A DNA stretch of 64,000 bases from an uncultured Gemmatimonadaceae bacterium (GTDB lineage: Bacteria > Gemmatimonadota > Gemmatimonadetes > Gemmatimonadales > Gemmatimonadaceae). The stretch covers positions 214,525 to 278,524 of the forward strand of contig CAWBOC010000007.1 of NCBI GenBank assembly GCA_963790305.1, read 5' to 3'. How positions within the stretch are numbered: position 1 is the first letter of the stretch; each line of letters begins with the position of its first letter. Shown here one piece after another: positions 46,531-55,840 of the stretch. Under the pieces are notes generated by a model. That model ran no database searches. It was given only the letters and a program-made list of their open reading frames with translations, and was not told the origin of the DNA. Position numbers and translations under genes: made by a program.

Positions 46531-47510
46531 GAATACGGAATGCGGGATGCGGATTGCTGCTGAGCGCTGCATCGCTCGGTGCGCAGACACAGGTCATCAT
46601 CGTGACTGGCGCGAGTGGCGAGCCGGGATATGCGGCGTCGTTTCATGCCGCGGGGTCGGCGCTCGTTGACGCGCTCGTGAGCAAGCATGGCCTCACGGCT
46701 GACGACATCACCTACCTTGCCGAGGATCCTGCGAAAGACCCGCAGCGCATCGATGGGAAGTCGAGTAAGACGGAGCTGACGCAGACGATCGCGCGCGTGG
46801 CGGCGCGCGCGCGCGCGGGCGATCGCGTGCTGCTCATGCTCATTGGACATGGGAGCCATGCCGGAAGCGATTCCCGGTTCAATCTTCCCGGGCCCGATCT
46901 CACCGCGGCCGAGCTGGGCGTCATGCTGGAGCCGCTCAAGGCAATGCAGGTCGCCGTCGTCAACGCCGCCAGCGCGAGTGGCGACTTCGTTGCCGCCCTC
47001 TCGGGGAAGAATCGCGTCGTCATCACCGCCACCAAGTCATCGTACGAGCGGAACGAGACGCTCTTTCCGCGATTCTTCGTCGCCGCGTTTACCACGCCGG
47101 GGGCCGACACCGACAAGGACGAGCGCGTCTCGCTGCTCGAGGCCTTCGTGTACGCGAAGCGCGAGGTGACCCGCGCCTACGAGACGGACACGCGGCTTCC
47201 GACTGAGCACGCGATGCTCGACGACGATGGCGATCGCCGGGGATCGGCCGAGCCCGATCCCCGCGCGGGTGATGGCTCGCTCGCGCGACGCTTCGTCGTC
47301 GGCGGAACGGCGAAAGCGGCGTCAGTCGCCGCCAGCACGCCGGCTGGGAGCGAGCTCGCCGCGAAGAAAGCGCGGCTCGAGGAGCAGGTCGATTCGCTCC
47401 GGCGCCGCAAGGAGACGATGACGACCGACGCGTACGAGCGTGAGCTCGAGCGCCTGCTCGTAGAGTTGGCGCAGGTGAGTCAGGCAATTCGCGAGGGCAA
47501 GTCGCCATGA
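46527..47510 (+). CDS. secreted caspase/C13-fold-like protein with coiled-coil tail
   Basis: LIGHGS, NAASASG, DTDKDERVS..EAF. Confidence 0.6.
   Translation: MRIRNAGCGLLLSAASLGAQTQVIIVTGASGEPGYAASFHAAGSALVDALVSKHGLTADDITYLAEDPAKDPQRIDGKSSKTELTQTIARVAARARAGDRVLLMLIGHGSHAGSDSRFNLPGPDLTAAELGVMLEPLKAMQVAVVNAASASGDFVAALSGKNRVVITATKSSYERNETLFPRFFVAAFTTPGADTDKDERVSLLEAFVYAKREVTRAYETDTRLPTEHAMLDDDGDRRGSAEPDPRAGDGSLARRFVVGGTAKAASVAASTPAGSELAAKKARLEEQVDSLRRRKETMTTDAYERELERLLVELAQVSQAIREGKSP
46531..46554 (+). repeat. family C half copy at a gene start
   Basis: GAATACGGAATGCGGGATGCGGAT, near-identical to 4340-4363. Confidence 0.7.
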
Positions 47511-50108
47511 TCCGCGCTCAGTGGAGCGGTCTTCTTTTCGTGGCACTCGTCGCGTGTGCTGCGGCGCCGCAGGATGACGCCTCGCGCCTTGCCCAGGCGC
47601 GCGCGCAGCTGCGTCGCGGCGCGTATGACAGCGCAGCGGCGACGTTCGGGGCGCTCGCGTCGTCTCGAGACAGTGCCATCGGCGCGGCGGCTCGCCGGCC
47701 CCATGTGCGAGCGCTGGCTGAACGTGGGCGGTACGACGACGCCGAAGCGGCAGCTCGCCGCTACGGAGCCCCCGCCCTTCTCGCACTCGGCGACCTGCTG
47801 CGTGCGCGCGGCCGGCTCGCCGAGGCCGAGAGCACGTACACCCGCGCGGTCACGGCGCGCACCCACGACAGCCTAACGGCTCACCTGCGACTCGGTGAGC
47901 TCCGGCTGGAGCGCGGCGATCGTCCCGGGGCGACCCGCATCTTCGATCGCTTCATCGACATCTACAACCAGCGGCAAGGTCGTCTCACCTCCGCCGAGCT
48001 GCTCGCCGTTGCGCGGGCCACGCGCCACCTGGGCGCCAACGATCCGCAGCTCTTCAAGGATGCGCTGCGCGCCTACGACGCCGCGATCGCCGCCGACTCT
48101 GGCAACGTCGATGCCCGCGTCGAGCTTGGCGAGATGTTTCTCGAGAAGTACAACGGCCCCGATGCGCGGCAGATGCTTGGCAGCGTGCTGCGGGAGAATC
48201 CATCGCAGCCGCGCGCGCTGCTTGGCATGGCGCGAGCGCTCGCGTTCGACGGGTCCCCAGGTGCCGACTCGCTCGTGAGGCGCGCCCTGGCAAGTCAACG
48301 AGCGGCTGGTGGACGCGCGTCTCATGCTCGCGCGCTTGCGTCTGGACAGCGAAGAGTACGATGACGCCGAGCGTGAGGCCACGCGCGCGCTCGACACCGA
48401 TCCCGGAAGCCCCGTCGCGCACGCGCTCATCGCGGCGAGCCGCTACATGCGGGACGATCGCAAAGGATTCGAGGAAGCAAGCCGGCGCGCCCTCGAGCGG
48501 AATCCGCGATCGGTCGTGCTCCACACGACGCTGGCCGAGGTAGCGAGCCGCAACCGGCGATACCAGGAGGCGGTCGACTTCTCGCGTCAGGCGGTGATAC
48601 TGGATACCGCGTCGTCGCTCGCGCAGGGGGCGCTGGGCATGAACGCTCTGCGCGTTGGGCAGTTCGACACGGCGCGCGTCCATCTCGACCGAGCGTTCGC
48701 CCGCGATCCGTACCACGTCTGGATCAAGAACACACTGGATCTGCTCGACACCTTCGGTGAGTATCGCGAGACGCGAACGAACCGCTTTCATCTGATCGTT
48801 CACGGTCGCGAGGCCGCACTGCTCTCACCGTACCTGATCGAGCTGCTCGACGAAGGGTATCAGAAGCTGGCCGCACGCTATGGCTACGAGCCACCGACGC
48901 CCATCCGCCTCGAGATCTACCGCAGTCACGGCGACTTTTCGGTGCGGACGGTCGGCTTACCGGGGCTGGGCGCCCTCGGCGTCAGCTTCGGCAGCGTGCT
49001 CGCGATGCATTCGCCGTCGGCGAGACAGATCGGCGAGTACAACTGGGGATCGACCGTCTGGCACGAGCTGGCGCACGCGTTCACGCTCGGCATGACCGAT
49101 CACCGGATTCCGCGATGGCTCTCCGAAGGCATCTCCGTGCTCGAGGAGCGACGCGCGCGCCCAGGCTGGGGCGCCGATACCCCGCTGGGATTTCTCGTCG
49201 CGTACGCGCGCGGACAAATGCCGCCAGTGAGTCGCATGAACGACGCCTTCACGCGACCGGCCTTTCCGGAGCAGACGGCACTCGCCTACTACCAGGCATC
49301 GCTGGTGGTCGAGATGATCGAGGAGCTTTACGGGCCGCGCGCGATGACCGACATACTCAAGGAGTATCGGACCAACGGTGCGGGGCCAGTGATCCAGCGG
49401 ATACTCAAGGCCTCTGCTGAACGGCTCGATAAGCAGCTCGACGCCTACGTGCGCGAGCGCTTCGCGCGTCAGCTCGCGGCCCTTGGAGCGGCCGCCGGTG
49501 ATGCGGCCAATGCGCCCCCGGGTGGGCAGTTCGTGGCGCTCATCGCCGAGGGCCGTGCGCTGGTGGCGCGTGGGCAGAACGCCGAGGCGATCCCGCTCTT
49601 CGAGCGCGCGAAAGCACTGTTCCCCGAATACGCCGAGGACGAGAGTCCTTACCGGTATCTCGCGGCCGCTTACAAGGCGACCGGCGACCTCAGGCGCGCA
49701 GCGGCAGAGCTGCAGGCGCACACGCTGCTCAACGAGTCCGACTACACCTCCAACCTCGCGCTGGCAGAGATGCTCGAGCAGCTCGGTGATCGGGCCGGCG
49801 CCGCCGCTGCACTGGAGCGCGCGATCTGGATTTCACCGTACGACCCGGCCATCCATACGCGTCTCGCCGAGCACCTCACAGCGACAGGGAATCGCGCCAA
49901 GGCCGTGCGGGAGCGCAGGGCCGTCGTCGCGCTCGATCCGGTCGATCGCGCCGAGGCGCGCTACCAGCTGGCGCGCGCGCTCGCCGATGCGGGCGACCGT
50001 ACGGCGGCGCGTCGCGAGGTGCTCATGGCCCTGGAGGAAGCGCCGAGCTTCGAACGGGCGCAAGCGCTGCTGCTCGAGCTCCAGCGCGAGCGAGGCGCAC
50101 GACCATGA
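47507..50108 (+). CDS. TPR lipoprotein with clan MA metallopeptidase-like domain; +1 frameshift near 48292
   Basis: LVAC lipobox, TPR helices, HELAH...PRWLSEG. Confidence 0.8.
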
Positions 50109-50875
50109 GTCGGTTGACGACGGTCGCCACGGTCGTCGCGCTGCTCTCTGCCGCGACGCTCGCTGCGCAGGAGATGCGCGGCGGTGGCCGCCGCGATCGC
50201 GAGGAAGCTCCGTTCGCCGGCAACACACCCTATAGCGGCCGCTTCACCTTCGCCCGCATCAAGTTCGAGCCACTGGGCGGTGAGGGCGGATGGAGGCGCG
50301 ATCTCAAGTGGGATCACGACTTTCCGCGCGCCGAGCGGAACCTGATGAAGATCGTAAAAGAGCTGAGCTCCATCGAGCCATTCATGAACGGAGGCAACGT
50401 CTTTTCCGCCGACGATCCGGAGCTGCACCGGTTCCCGATCGCCTATCTATCGGAGCCTGGCTTCTGGACGCTGTCGGACGCCGAAGCGACCGGGCTGCGC
50501 ACGTACCTCCAGAAGGGCGGCTTTCTCATCTTCGACGATTTCTTCGGTGAGCACTGGTTCAACTTCGAGTCGCAGATGCTCAAGGTGCTGCCGCAGGCGC
50601 GCATTGTTCGGCTCGACACGTCGCACCCGATCTTCGACTCGTTCTTTCACATCACGTCGCTCGACTATCGTCATCCCTACTTCGGTCATCCGTCGGAGTT
50701 CTACGGGATCTTCGAGGACAACGATCCGTCGAAGCGGCTGATGGTGATCGTGAACTACAACAACGACATTGGCGACTACTGGGAGTGGTCGGACGCGGGG
50801 TTCGTGCCGATCGAGCTGTCCAACGAGGCGTACAAGCTCGGGGTGAATTACCTCATGTACGCACTGACGCATTAG
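50105..50875 (+). CDS. DUF4159 domain secreted protein
   Basis: FTFARI, YLSEPG.W, GGFLIFDDF, HPIF, NNDIGDY.EWS. Confidence 0.8.
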   Translation: MSRLTTVATVVALLSAATLAAQEMRGGGRRDREEAPFAGNTPYSGRFTFARIKFEPLGGEGGWRRDLKWDHDFPRAERNLMKIVKELSSIEPFMNGGNVFSADDPELHRFPIAYLSEPGFWTLSDAEATGLRTYLQKGGFLIFDDFFGEHWFNFESQMLKVLPQARIVRLDTSHPIFDSFFHITSLDYRHPYFGHPSEFYGIFEDNDPSKRLMVIVNYNNDIGDYWEWSDAGFVPIELSNEAYKLGVNYLMYALTH

Positions 50876-50881
50876 ACGGAC

Positions 50882-50905
50882 GAATACGGATTGCGGAATG
50901 CGGAT
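50882..50905 (+). repeat. family C half copy containing the start codon
   Basis: GAATACGGATTGCGGAATGCGGAT. Confidence 0.7.
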
Positions 50906-51644
50906 CAACTGCGTGGTGCTAATAGCGGCGACCCTGTTCGGCGCTTCCGACGCTGAGGCGCAGCGCGGACGGTGGCGCAACGGAGGGTTCGGCGTCGCCG
51001 TCGAGCCGAACGTGCCGTACGACGGGCGATTCACCTTCGCCCGCATTCGGTACACGGTGTACGGGAGGAGTGGATGGGAATTCGACTACCCGCAGATGGA
51101 GCGCAACCTGCTCACGATGATGCGCGAGCTCACGACGCTGCGCGCCCACGTGGAGGGGAGCAACATCCACACGTTCGACGATCCGGAGCTGCTGCGCTAT
51201 CCGGTGGCGTATCTGTCGGAGCCTGGGTACTGGCACCCCTCGGATGCGGAGGTCGAGGGATTACGGCGCTATCTAATGAAAGGCGGCTTTCTCATCGTCG
51301 ACGACTTCATGCGCAGCGAGTGGCTGAACTTCGAGGCGCAGATCCGGCGCGTGCTCCCCGAAGCGCGCATCGACCGTCTCGACGTGTCGCACCCGATCTT
51401 CGACGTCTTTTTCCGGATCCCGTCGCTCGACATGAAGTACCCGCACAACGCGAACCTTACCGCCGAGTTCCTTGGGATCCACGAAGACAACGACCCGTCC
51501 AAGCCGCTGATGGTGGTGATCAACTACAACAACGACATCGGCGACTACATGGAGTGGTCGGGGCACGGGTGGTGGCCGGTGAACATCACGAATGACGCGT
51601 ATAAGTTGGCAGTGAACTACATCATTTATGGGATGACGCGATGA
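50898..51644 (+). CDS. DUF4159 domain secreted protein (tandem paralog)
   Basis: same motifs as 50105-50875. Confidence 0.8.
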   Translation: MRINCVVLIAATLFGASDAEAQRGRWRNGGFGVAVEPNVPYDGRFTFARIRYTVYGRSGWEFDYPQMERNLLTMMRELTTLRAHVEGSNIHTFDDPELLRYPVAYLSEPGYWHPSDAEVEGLRRYLMKGGFLIVDDFMRSEWLNFEAQIRRVLPEARIDRLDVSHPIFDVFFRIPSLDMKYPHNANLTAEFLGIHEDNDPSKPLMVVINYNNDIGDYMEWSGHGWWPVNITNDAYKLAVNYIIYGMTR

Positions 51645-51655
51645 CCCCCTGAACC

Positions 51656-51778
51656 CTAGGGGTCAGGAGTCAGGAGTCAGGGATCAGGGGGTTTCAGGGC
51701 TCAGGTGCGAGGAGCCTGATTTGAACTCCTGTTCCCTACGACCTGACACCCCCTGACCCCTGACTCCTGACTCCTGAC
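51656..51778. repeat. family D hairpin
   Basis: CTAGGGGTCAGGAGTCAGGAGTCAGGGATCAGGGG...CCCCTGACCCCTGACTCCTGACTCCTGAC. Confidence 0.85.
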
Positions 51779-51788
51779 ACCTTTTCAA

Positions 51789-52820
51789 ATGACTTCGCTC
51801 CAATCGCCTGAGCTCAGCACGACTCCCGATATCGACCTCGCGACGCGCCTCAAGAGCGGTCGCGATCACATCATCACGGAGCTGCGCACGCGGATCATCG
51901 GCCAGGAAGCGGTGATCGAGCAGGTGCTCACCGCGCTGTTCGCCGGAGGCAACTGCCTCATCGTCGGCGTGCCGGGGCTCGCCAAGACGCTCCTCATCCA
52001 CACCATCGCGCAGGCGCTGGATCTCAAGTTCTCGCGCATCCAGTTCACGCCCGACCTCATGCCGTCGGACATCACGGGAACGGATATCATTCAGGAGGAC
52101 TCGGCGACCGGGCGGCGGCAGCTCGTCTTCATGCCCGGGCCGATCTTCGCCAACGTCGTCCTCGCCGACGAGATCAATCGCACGCCGCCCAAGACGCAGT
52201 CGGCGCTGCTCGAGGCGATGCAGGAGCATCGCGTCACCATCCAGGGACGTACCTATACGCTCGAGGAGCCCTTCTTCGTCTTCGCGACGCAGAATCCCAT
52301 CGAGCTCGAGGGCACGTACCCGCTCCCCGAGGCACAGCTCGACCGCTTCATGTTCGAGATCGTGATCGACTATCTCGACGAAGACCAGGAGGTCGAGGTC
52401 GTGCAGACGACGACGTCGATCGCCGGCGCCGGTCCACGGCGTGCCGTGTCTGCCGCCGATCTGATCGCCTTCCAGCAGCTCGTTCGCAAAGTGCCCGTGT
52501 CCGACGCGGTGGCGCGATACGCGGTCACGCTCTCGCGCATGAGCCGGCCGACGTCGAAGGACGCACCCGACTTCATCAAGAAGTGGGTCGCGTACGGCAC
52601 GTCGGTGCGTGCCGCGCAGTATCTCATTCTTGGCGGCAAGGCGCGCGCGCTCATGAACGGACGCTACCACGTCGGCTTCGAGGACATTCGCGCCCTCGCC
52701 GGCCCTGTCATGCGCCACCGCATCATTACCAACTTCAACGCGCAGTCGGAGCGGGTGACGACCGATCAGCTCATCGAGCAGCTGATTCGCGCCGTCCCCA
52801 CGCCGCGCTCAGGGATGTAA
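51789..52820 (+). CDS. moxR: MoxR AAA+ ATPase
   Basis: GVPGLAKT, RIQFTPDLMPSD, DEINR.PPKTQSALLEAM, TQNPIE.EGTYPLPEAQLDRF. Confidence 0.95.
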   Translation: MTSLQSPELSTTPDIDLATRLKSGRDHIITELRTRIIGQEAVIEQVLTALFAGGNCLIVGVPGLAKTLLIHTIAQALDLKFSRIQFTPDLMPSDITGTDIIQEDSATGRRQLVFMPGPIFANVVLADEINRTPPKTQSALLEAMQEHRVTIQGRTYTLEEPFFVFATQNPIELEGTYPLPEAQLDRFMFEIVIDYLDEDQEVEVVQTTTSIAGAGPRRAVSAADLIAFQQLVRKVPVSDAVARYAVTLSRMSRPTSKDAPDFIKKWVAYGTSVRAAQYLILGGKARALMNGRYHVGFEDIRALAGPVMRHRIITNFNAQSERVTTDQLIEQLIRAVPTPRSGM

Positions 52821-52826
52821 CGCGGG

Positions 52827-53747
52827 ATGCACATCGGCCGGACGACGGGCGCCGCCGGGGGAACGAGCTTCATCGATCCCAAGGCGCTGGCGAAGATCGA
52901 CAGCCTCGAGCTGCTGGCGAGGACCGTGGTGGAGGGCTTCATCAACGGTCTGCATCGCTCGCCCAACCTCGGCGCGTCGATGGACTTCGCGGAGCATCGC
53001 GCATACATGCCCGGCGATGACCTGCGGCGCATCGACTGGCGGCTGTTCGGTCGCAGCGACCGCTACTTCGTGAAAGAATTCGAAGCCGACACCAACACCA
53101 ACCTTCTGCTGCTGCTCGACGTCTCGGCGTCGATGGGCTTCGCGAGCGCCGGCATCTCGAAGCTCCAGTACGCGAAGTACCTCGCGTCATGCCTCGGCTA
53201 CTTCTCGAGCCGGCAGCGCGATCGTGTGGGGCTCGCCACGTTCGAGAATACCATCGTCGATTACGTGCCGCCCGCTGCCAAGCATCTGCCCATCGTCCTC
53301 CAGACGATCGCGCGCGCGAAGCCGGAGGGACAGAGCAACATCGATGCGGCGCTGCGTGCGATCGCCGAGCATGCGCGTCGCCGGCAGATCGTCGTGATCA
53401 TTTCGGACCTGTACGATGAGCCGGAGCGCGTGGTGCGTGCCGTCGCACGTTTGCGCAACCGCGGGAACGACCTCATCGTGCTTCAGGTGCTGGATCCCGC
53501 CGAGCTCGACCTGCCGTTCGAAGATGCCGCGAACTTCGAGGACATGGAGACGGGCGAGGGGATTCCCGTCGTCCCCAGTCTGTTGCGGGACCAGTATCGC
53601 ACGCTCATGCAGGAGCACACGGCAACCCTTCGCCAGCTCATGCGCGAGGAGCGCATCGACTACGGACTCTTCAACACCGCGCAGCCGCTCGATCACGCAC
53701 TGTTCGCCTATCTGGCCGACCGCCAGCGCCTGAGTCGCACGCGATGA
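52827..53747 (+). CDS. DUF58 (vWA-like) protein
   Basis: FAEHRAY.PGDDLRRIDW, LDVSASM, ISDL. Confidence 0.9.
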   Translation: MHIGRTTGAAGGTSFIDPKALAKIDSLELLARTVVEGFINGLHRSPNLGASMDFAEHRAYMPGDDLRRIDWRLFGRSDRYFVKEFEADTNTNLLLLLDVSASMGFASAGISKLQYAKYLASCLGYFSSRQRDRVGLATFENTIVDYVPPAAKHLPIVLQTIARAKPEGQSNIDAALRAIAEHARRRQIVVIISDLYDEPERVVRAVARLRNRGNDLIVLQVLDPAELDLPFEDAANFEDMETGEGIPVVPSLLRDQYRTLMQEHTATLRQLMREERIDYGLFNTAQPLDHALFAYLADRQRLSRTR

Positions 53748-55840
53748 TCACCTTCCTCGCTCCGCTCTTCCTGCTCGGCCTCCTCGCGGTGGCGGTGCCG
53801 ATCATCGTGCACCTCGTGAATCGGGAGCGGCACAACGCCGTCGCGTTCCCGTCGCTGATGTTCCTGAGACGCGTGCCATTTCGCTCGGTACGCCGGCAGC
53901 GCATTCGCCATTGGGCGCTCTTCGCGCTGCGATGCCTGGCGCTGGCGCTCATCGCCCTGGCATTCGCGCGCCCCTTCTTCGATCGCGAGTCACAGAACGC
54001 GAACGCCGCCGGCTCCGGCCCGCGAGAGGTCGTCGTGCTGCTCGATCGCTCCTACAGCATGGCCTATGGCGATCGCTGGTCGCGCGCGACGGCAGCCGCC
54101 GAGCGTGCGATCGCCGGCCTCGGCGCGTCGGACCGGGCGACGCTCGTGCTTTTCGATCACGAGGCAACGGCCGCCGCCGGGCCGACCGGTGACGTCGCTC
54201 TCGTCCGTGCCGCGCTCAAGGACGCACGTCCCGGGGCAGGTGCTACCCGTTATGCGCCGGCGCTTTCCGTGGCGCAGCAGCTCATGGACCGGGCGGAGCG
54301 CCCGCGCCGCGAGGTCGTAGTAATCAGCGACTTCCAGCGAGCGGGCTGGGATGGGCAGGAGCTGCCGCGACTGGCCGCGCCGGCATCGCTGACGACGGTG
54401 GACGTCGGCGATTCGACGACCGCCAACACGCTCGTGACCGGCGTCGACGTCACCCGCGACGCGCGCGATGGCGTCGATCGCGCGATCGTCGCTGCCCGGC
54501 TGGCACGTAAGGGAGCGCGCGCCGTTCCCGACGCGCGCGTGACGCTCGAGCTCAACGGGCGCGAGGTCGAGGCGAAGCGGGCCGCGCTCCCGGCGAGCGG
54601 TGCCACGTCGGTCACGTTCGCCTCCGTCGCCGTCCCCGACGCGACGACCCGAGGTACCGTGCGCATCACCTCGAGCGACGATCGGCTCGCGGTCAATGAC
54701 GTATTTCACTTCGTCATTGCGCGTGCGCAGGTGGTGAGCGTGCTCATTATCGAGAGCGCGAATGCTCCCGCATCACGCACAATGTTCCTGCCGCGCGCGC
54801 TCGGTATCGGCGATCGCCCCACGTTCCGCGTCGTGCAGCGGCGCTCCGACCGCGTGACGGCGGCCGATGTCGATGACGCACGCGTCGTCATCCTGCACGG
54901 CGTCGGCATGCCGGCGGGAGCGGTGGGCGATCGCATCCGCACACTGGTGCGTGGCGGCGGCGGGCTCATCGTGGCGTTGGGAGAGAACAGCGGCACGCGC
55001 GCCTGGAGCGGTACGTCGGAGCTCCTGCCCGGCGCCGTCGGCGAGATCGTGGACCGCTCGGCGGAGCGCGGGGGATCCCTGGGCTCGCTCGATCGCAGTC
55101 ATCCCGCGCTCGAGAGCTTCCGGGGGACGCGCAGCGGCGACTTCACGAGCGCCCGCTACCTTCGCTATCGGTCGCTGACGCCGGCGGGGACGGATGCGGT
55201 GCTCGCACGCTTCGACGACGGAGGCGTCGCGCTCGCCGAGCGGCGCGTCGGCGAAGGGAGAGTGCTCGTGTTCGGCTCGACGTTCAATGGATACTGGAAT
55301 GATCTGCCGGTACAGCCGGTGTTCCTGCCGCTGGTGCAGTCGCTCGTGAGGCATGCGGCAGGGTGGACGCCGCAGCGGCCCTGGGAGACGGTTGGTCAGG
55401 TGCTCGCGCTGTCGGAGGCTCGAAAGGGCGACGCGTTGGTCGCCGTCGCGCCGTCGGGTGAGCGCACGCGCTGGACGGAGGACGACACGCTCCGTTCGCT
55501 TCCACTACGCGAGCAGGGATTCTATGAGATCCGCGACGCCAATGCCGTCGCGCAAAGTCGGGTCGTGGCCGTGAATCCCGACCCGACCGAGTCGGAGCTG
55601 GGAGCCTTTGCGCCTGATGAGCTTTCGCGCGCGGTATCGCCGGCGGGCACCGTCAACGCCACGACCGCTGGCACGACGACGTTGAGCGTCACTGAGCGCG
55701 AGCGTCGTCAGACGTTGTGGTGGTACGTTTTGGTCGTTGCCTTACTCCTCCTCGCGGCGGAGTCTCTGCTTTCGAATCGCCTGTCACGCTCGGCGCGCCC
55801 CAATGTCGCGCTCGCCGAAGGGAGAATGGACCATGCATGA
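53744..55840 (+). CDS. BatA N-terminal + vWA domain membrane protein
   Basis: FLAP.FLLGL...VPIIVHL, FPSLMFL, DRSYSM, ISDFQ. Confidence 0.85.
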   Translation: MITFLAPLFLLGLLAVAVPIIVHLVNRERHNAVAFPSLMFLRRVPFRSVRRQRIRHWALFALRCLALALIALAFARPFFDRESQNANAAGSGPREVVVLLDRSYSMAYGDRWSRATAAAERAIAGLGASDRATLVLFDHEATAAAGPTGDVALVRAALKDARPGAGATRYAPALSVAQQLMDRAERPRREVVVISDFQRAGWDGQELPRLAAPASLTTVDVGDSTTANTLVTGVDVTRDARDGVDRAIVAARLARKGARAVPDARVTLELNGREVEAKRAALPASGATSVTFASVAVPDATTRGTVRITSSDDRLAVNDVFHFVIARAQVVSVLIIESANAPASRTMFLPRALGIGDRPTFRVVQRRSDRVTAADVDDARVVILHGVGMPAGAVGDRIRTLVRGGGGLIVALGENSGTRAWSGTSELLPGAVGEIVDRSAERGGSLGSLDRSHPALESFRGTRSGDFTSARYLRYRSLTPAGTDAVLARFDDGGVALAERRVGEGRVLVFGSTFNGYWNDLPVQPVFLPLVQSLVRHAAGWTPQRPWETVGQVLALSEARKGDALVAVAPSGERTRWTEDDTLRSLPLREQGFYEIRDANAVAQSRVVAVNPDPTESELGAFAPDELSRAVSPAGTVNATTAGTTTLSVTERERRQTLWWYVLVVALLLLAAESLLSNRLSRSARPNVALAEGRMDHA

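Noticed and set aside
44677..46590. Long antisense ORFs (also 61459-63489, 55689-57188, 43318-44577, 16857-18065)
   Set aside because: Shadow frames of well-supported genes in high-GC DNA, with no motifs.
6680..48300. Programmed frameshifting or pseudogenes at about 6690, 8223, 13750, 21560, 32880, 32980 and 48292
   Set aside because: All resolve by removing one base, several in short homopolymer runs, in unrelated and otherwise intact genes. This fits insertion-biased sequencing error; read inspection would settle it.
1364..51778. CRISPR arrays
   Set aside because: The repeats are 7-9 bp tandem units in inverted arms, with no unique spacers and no cas genes.
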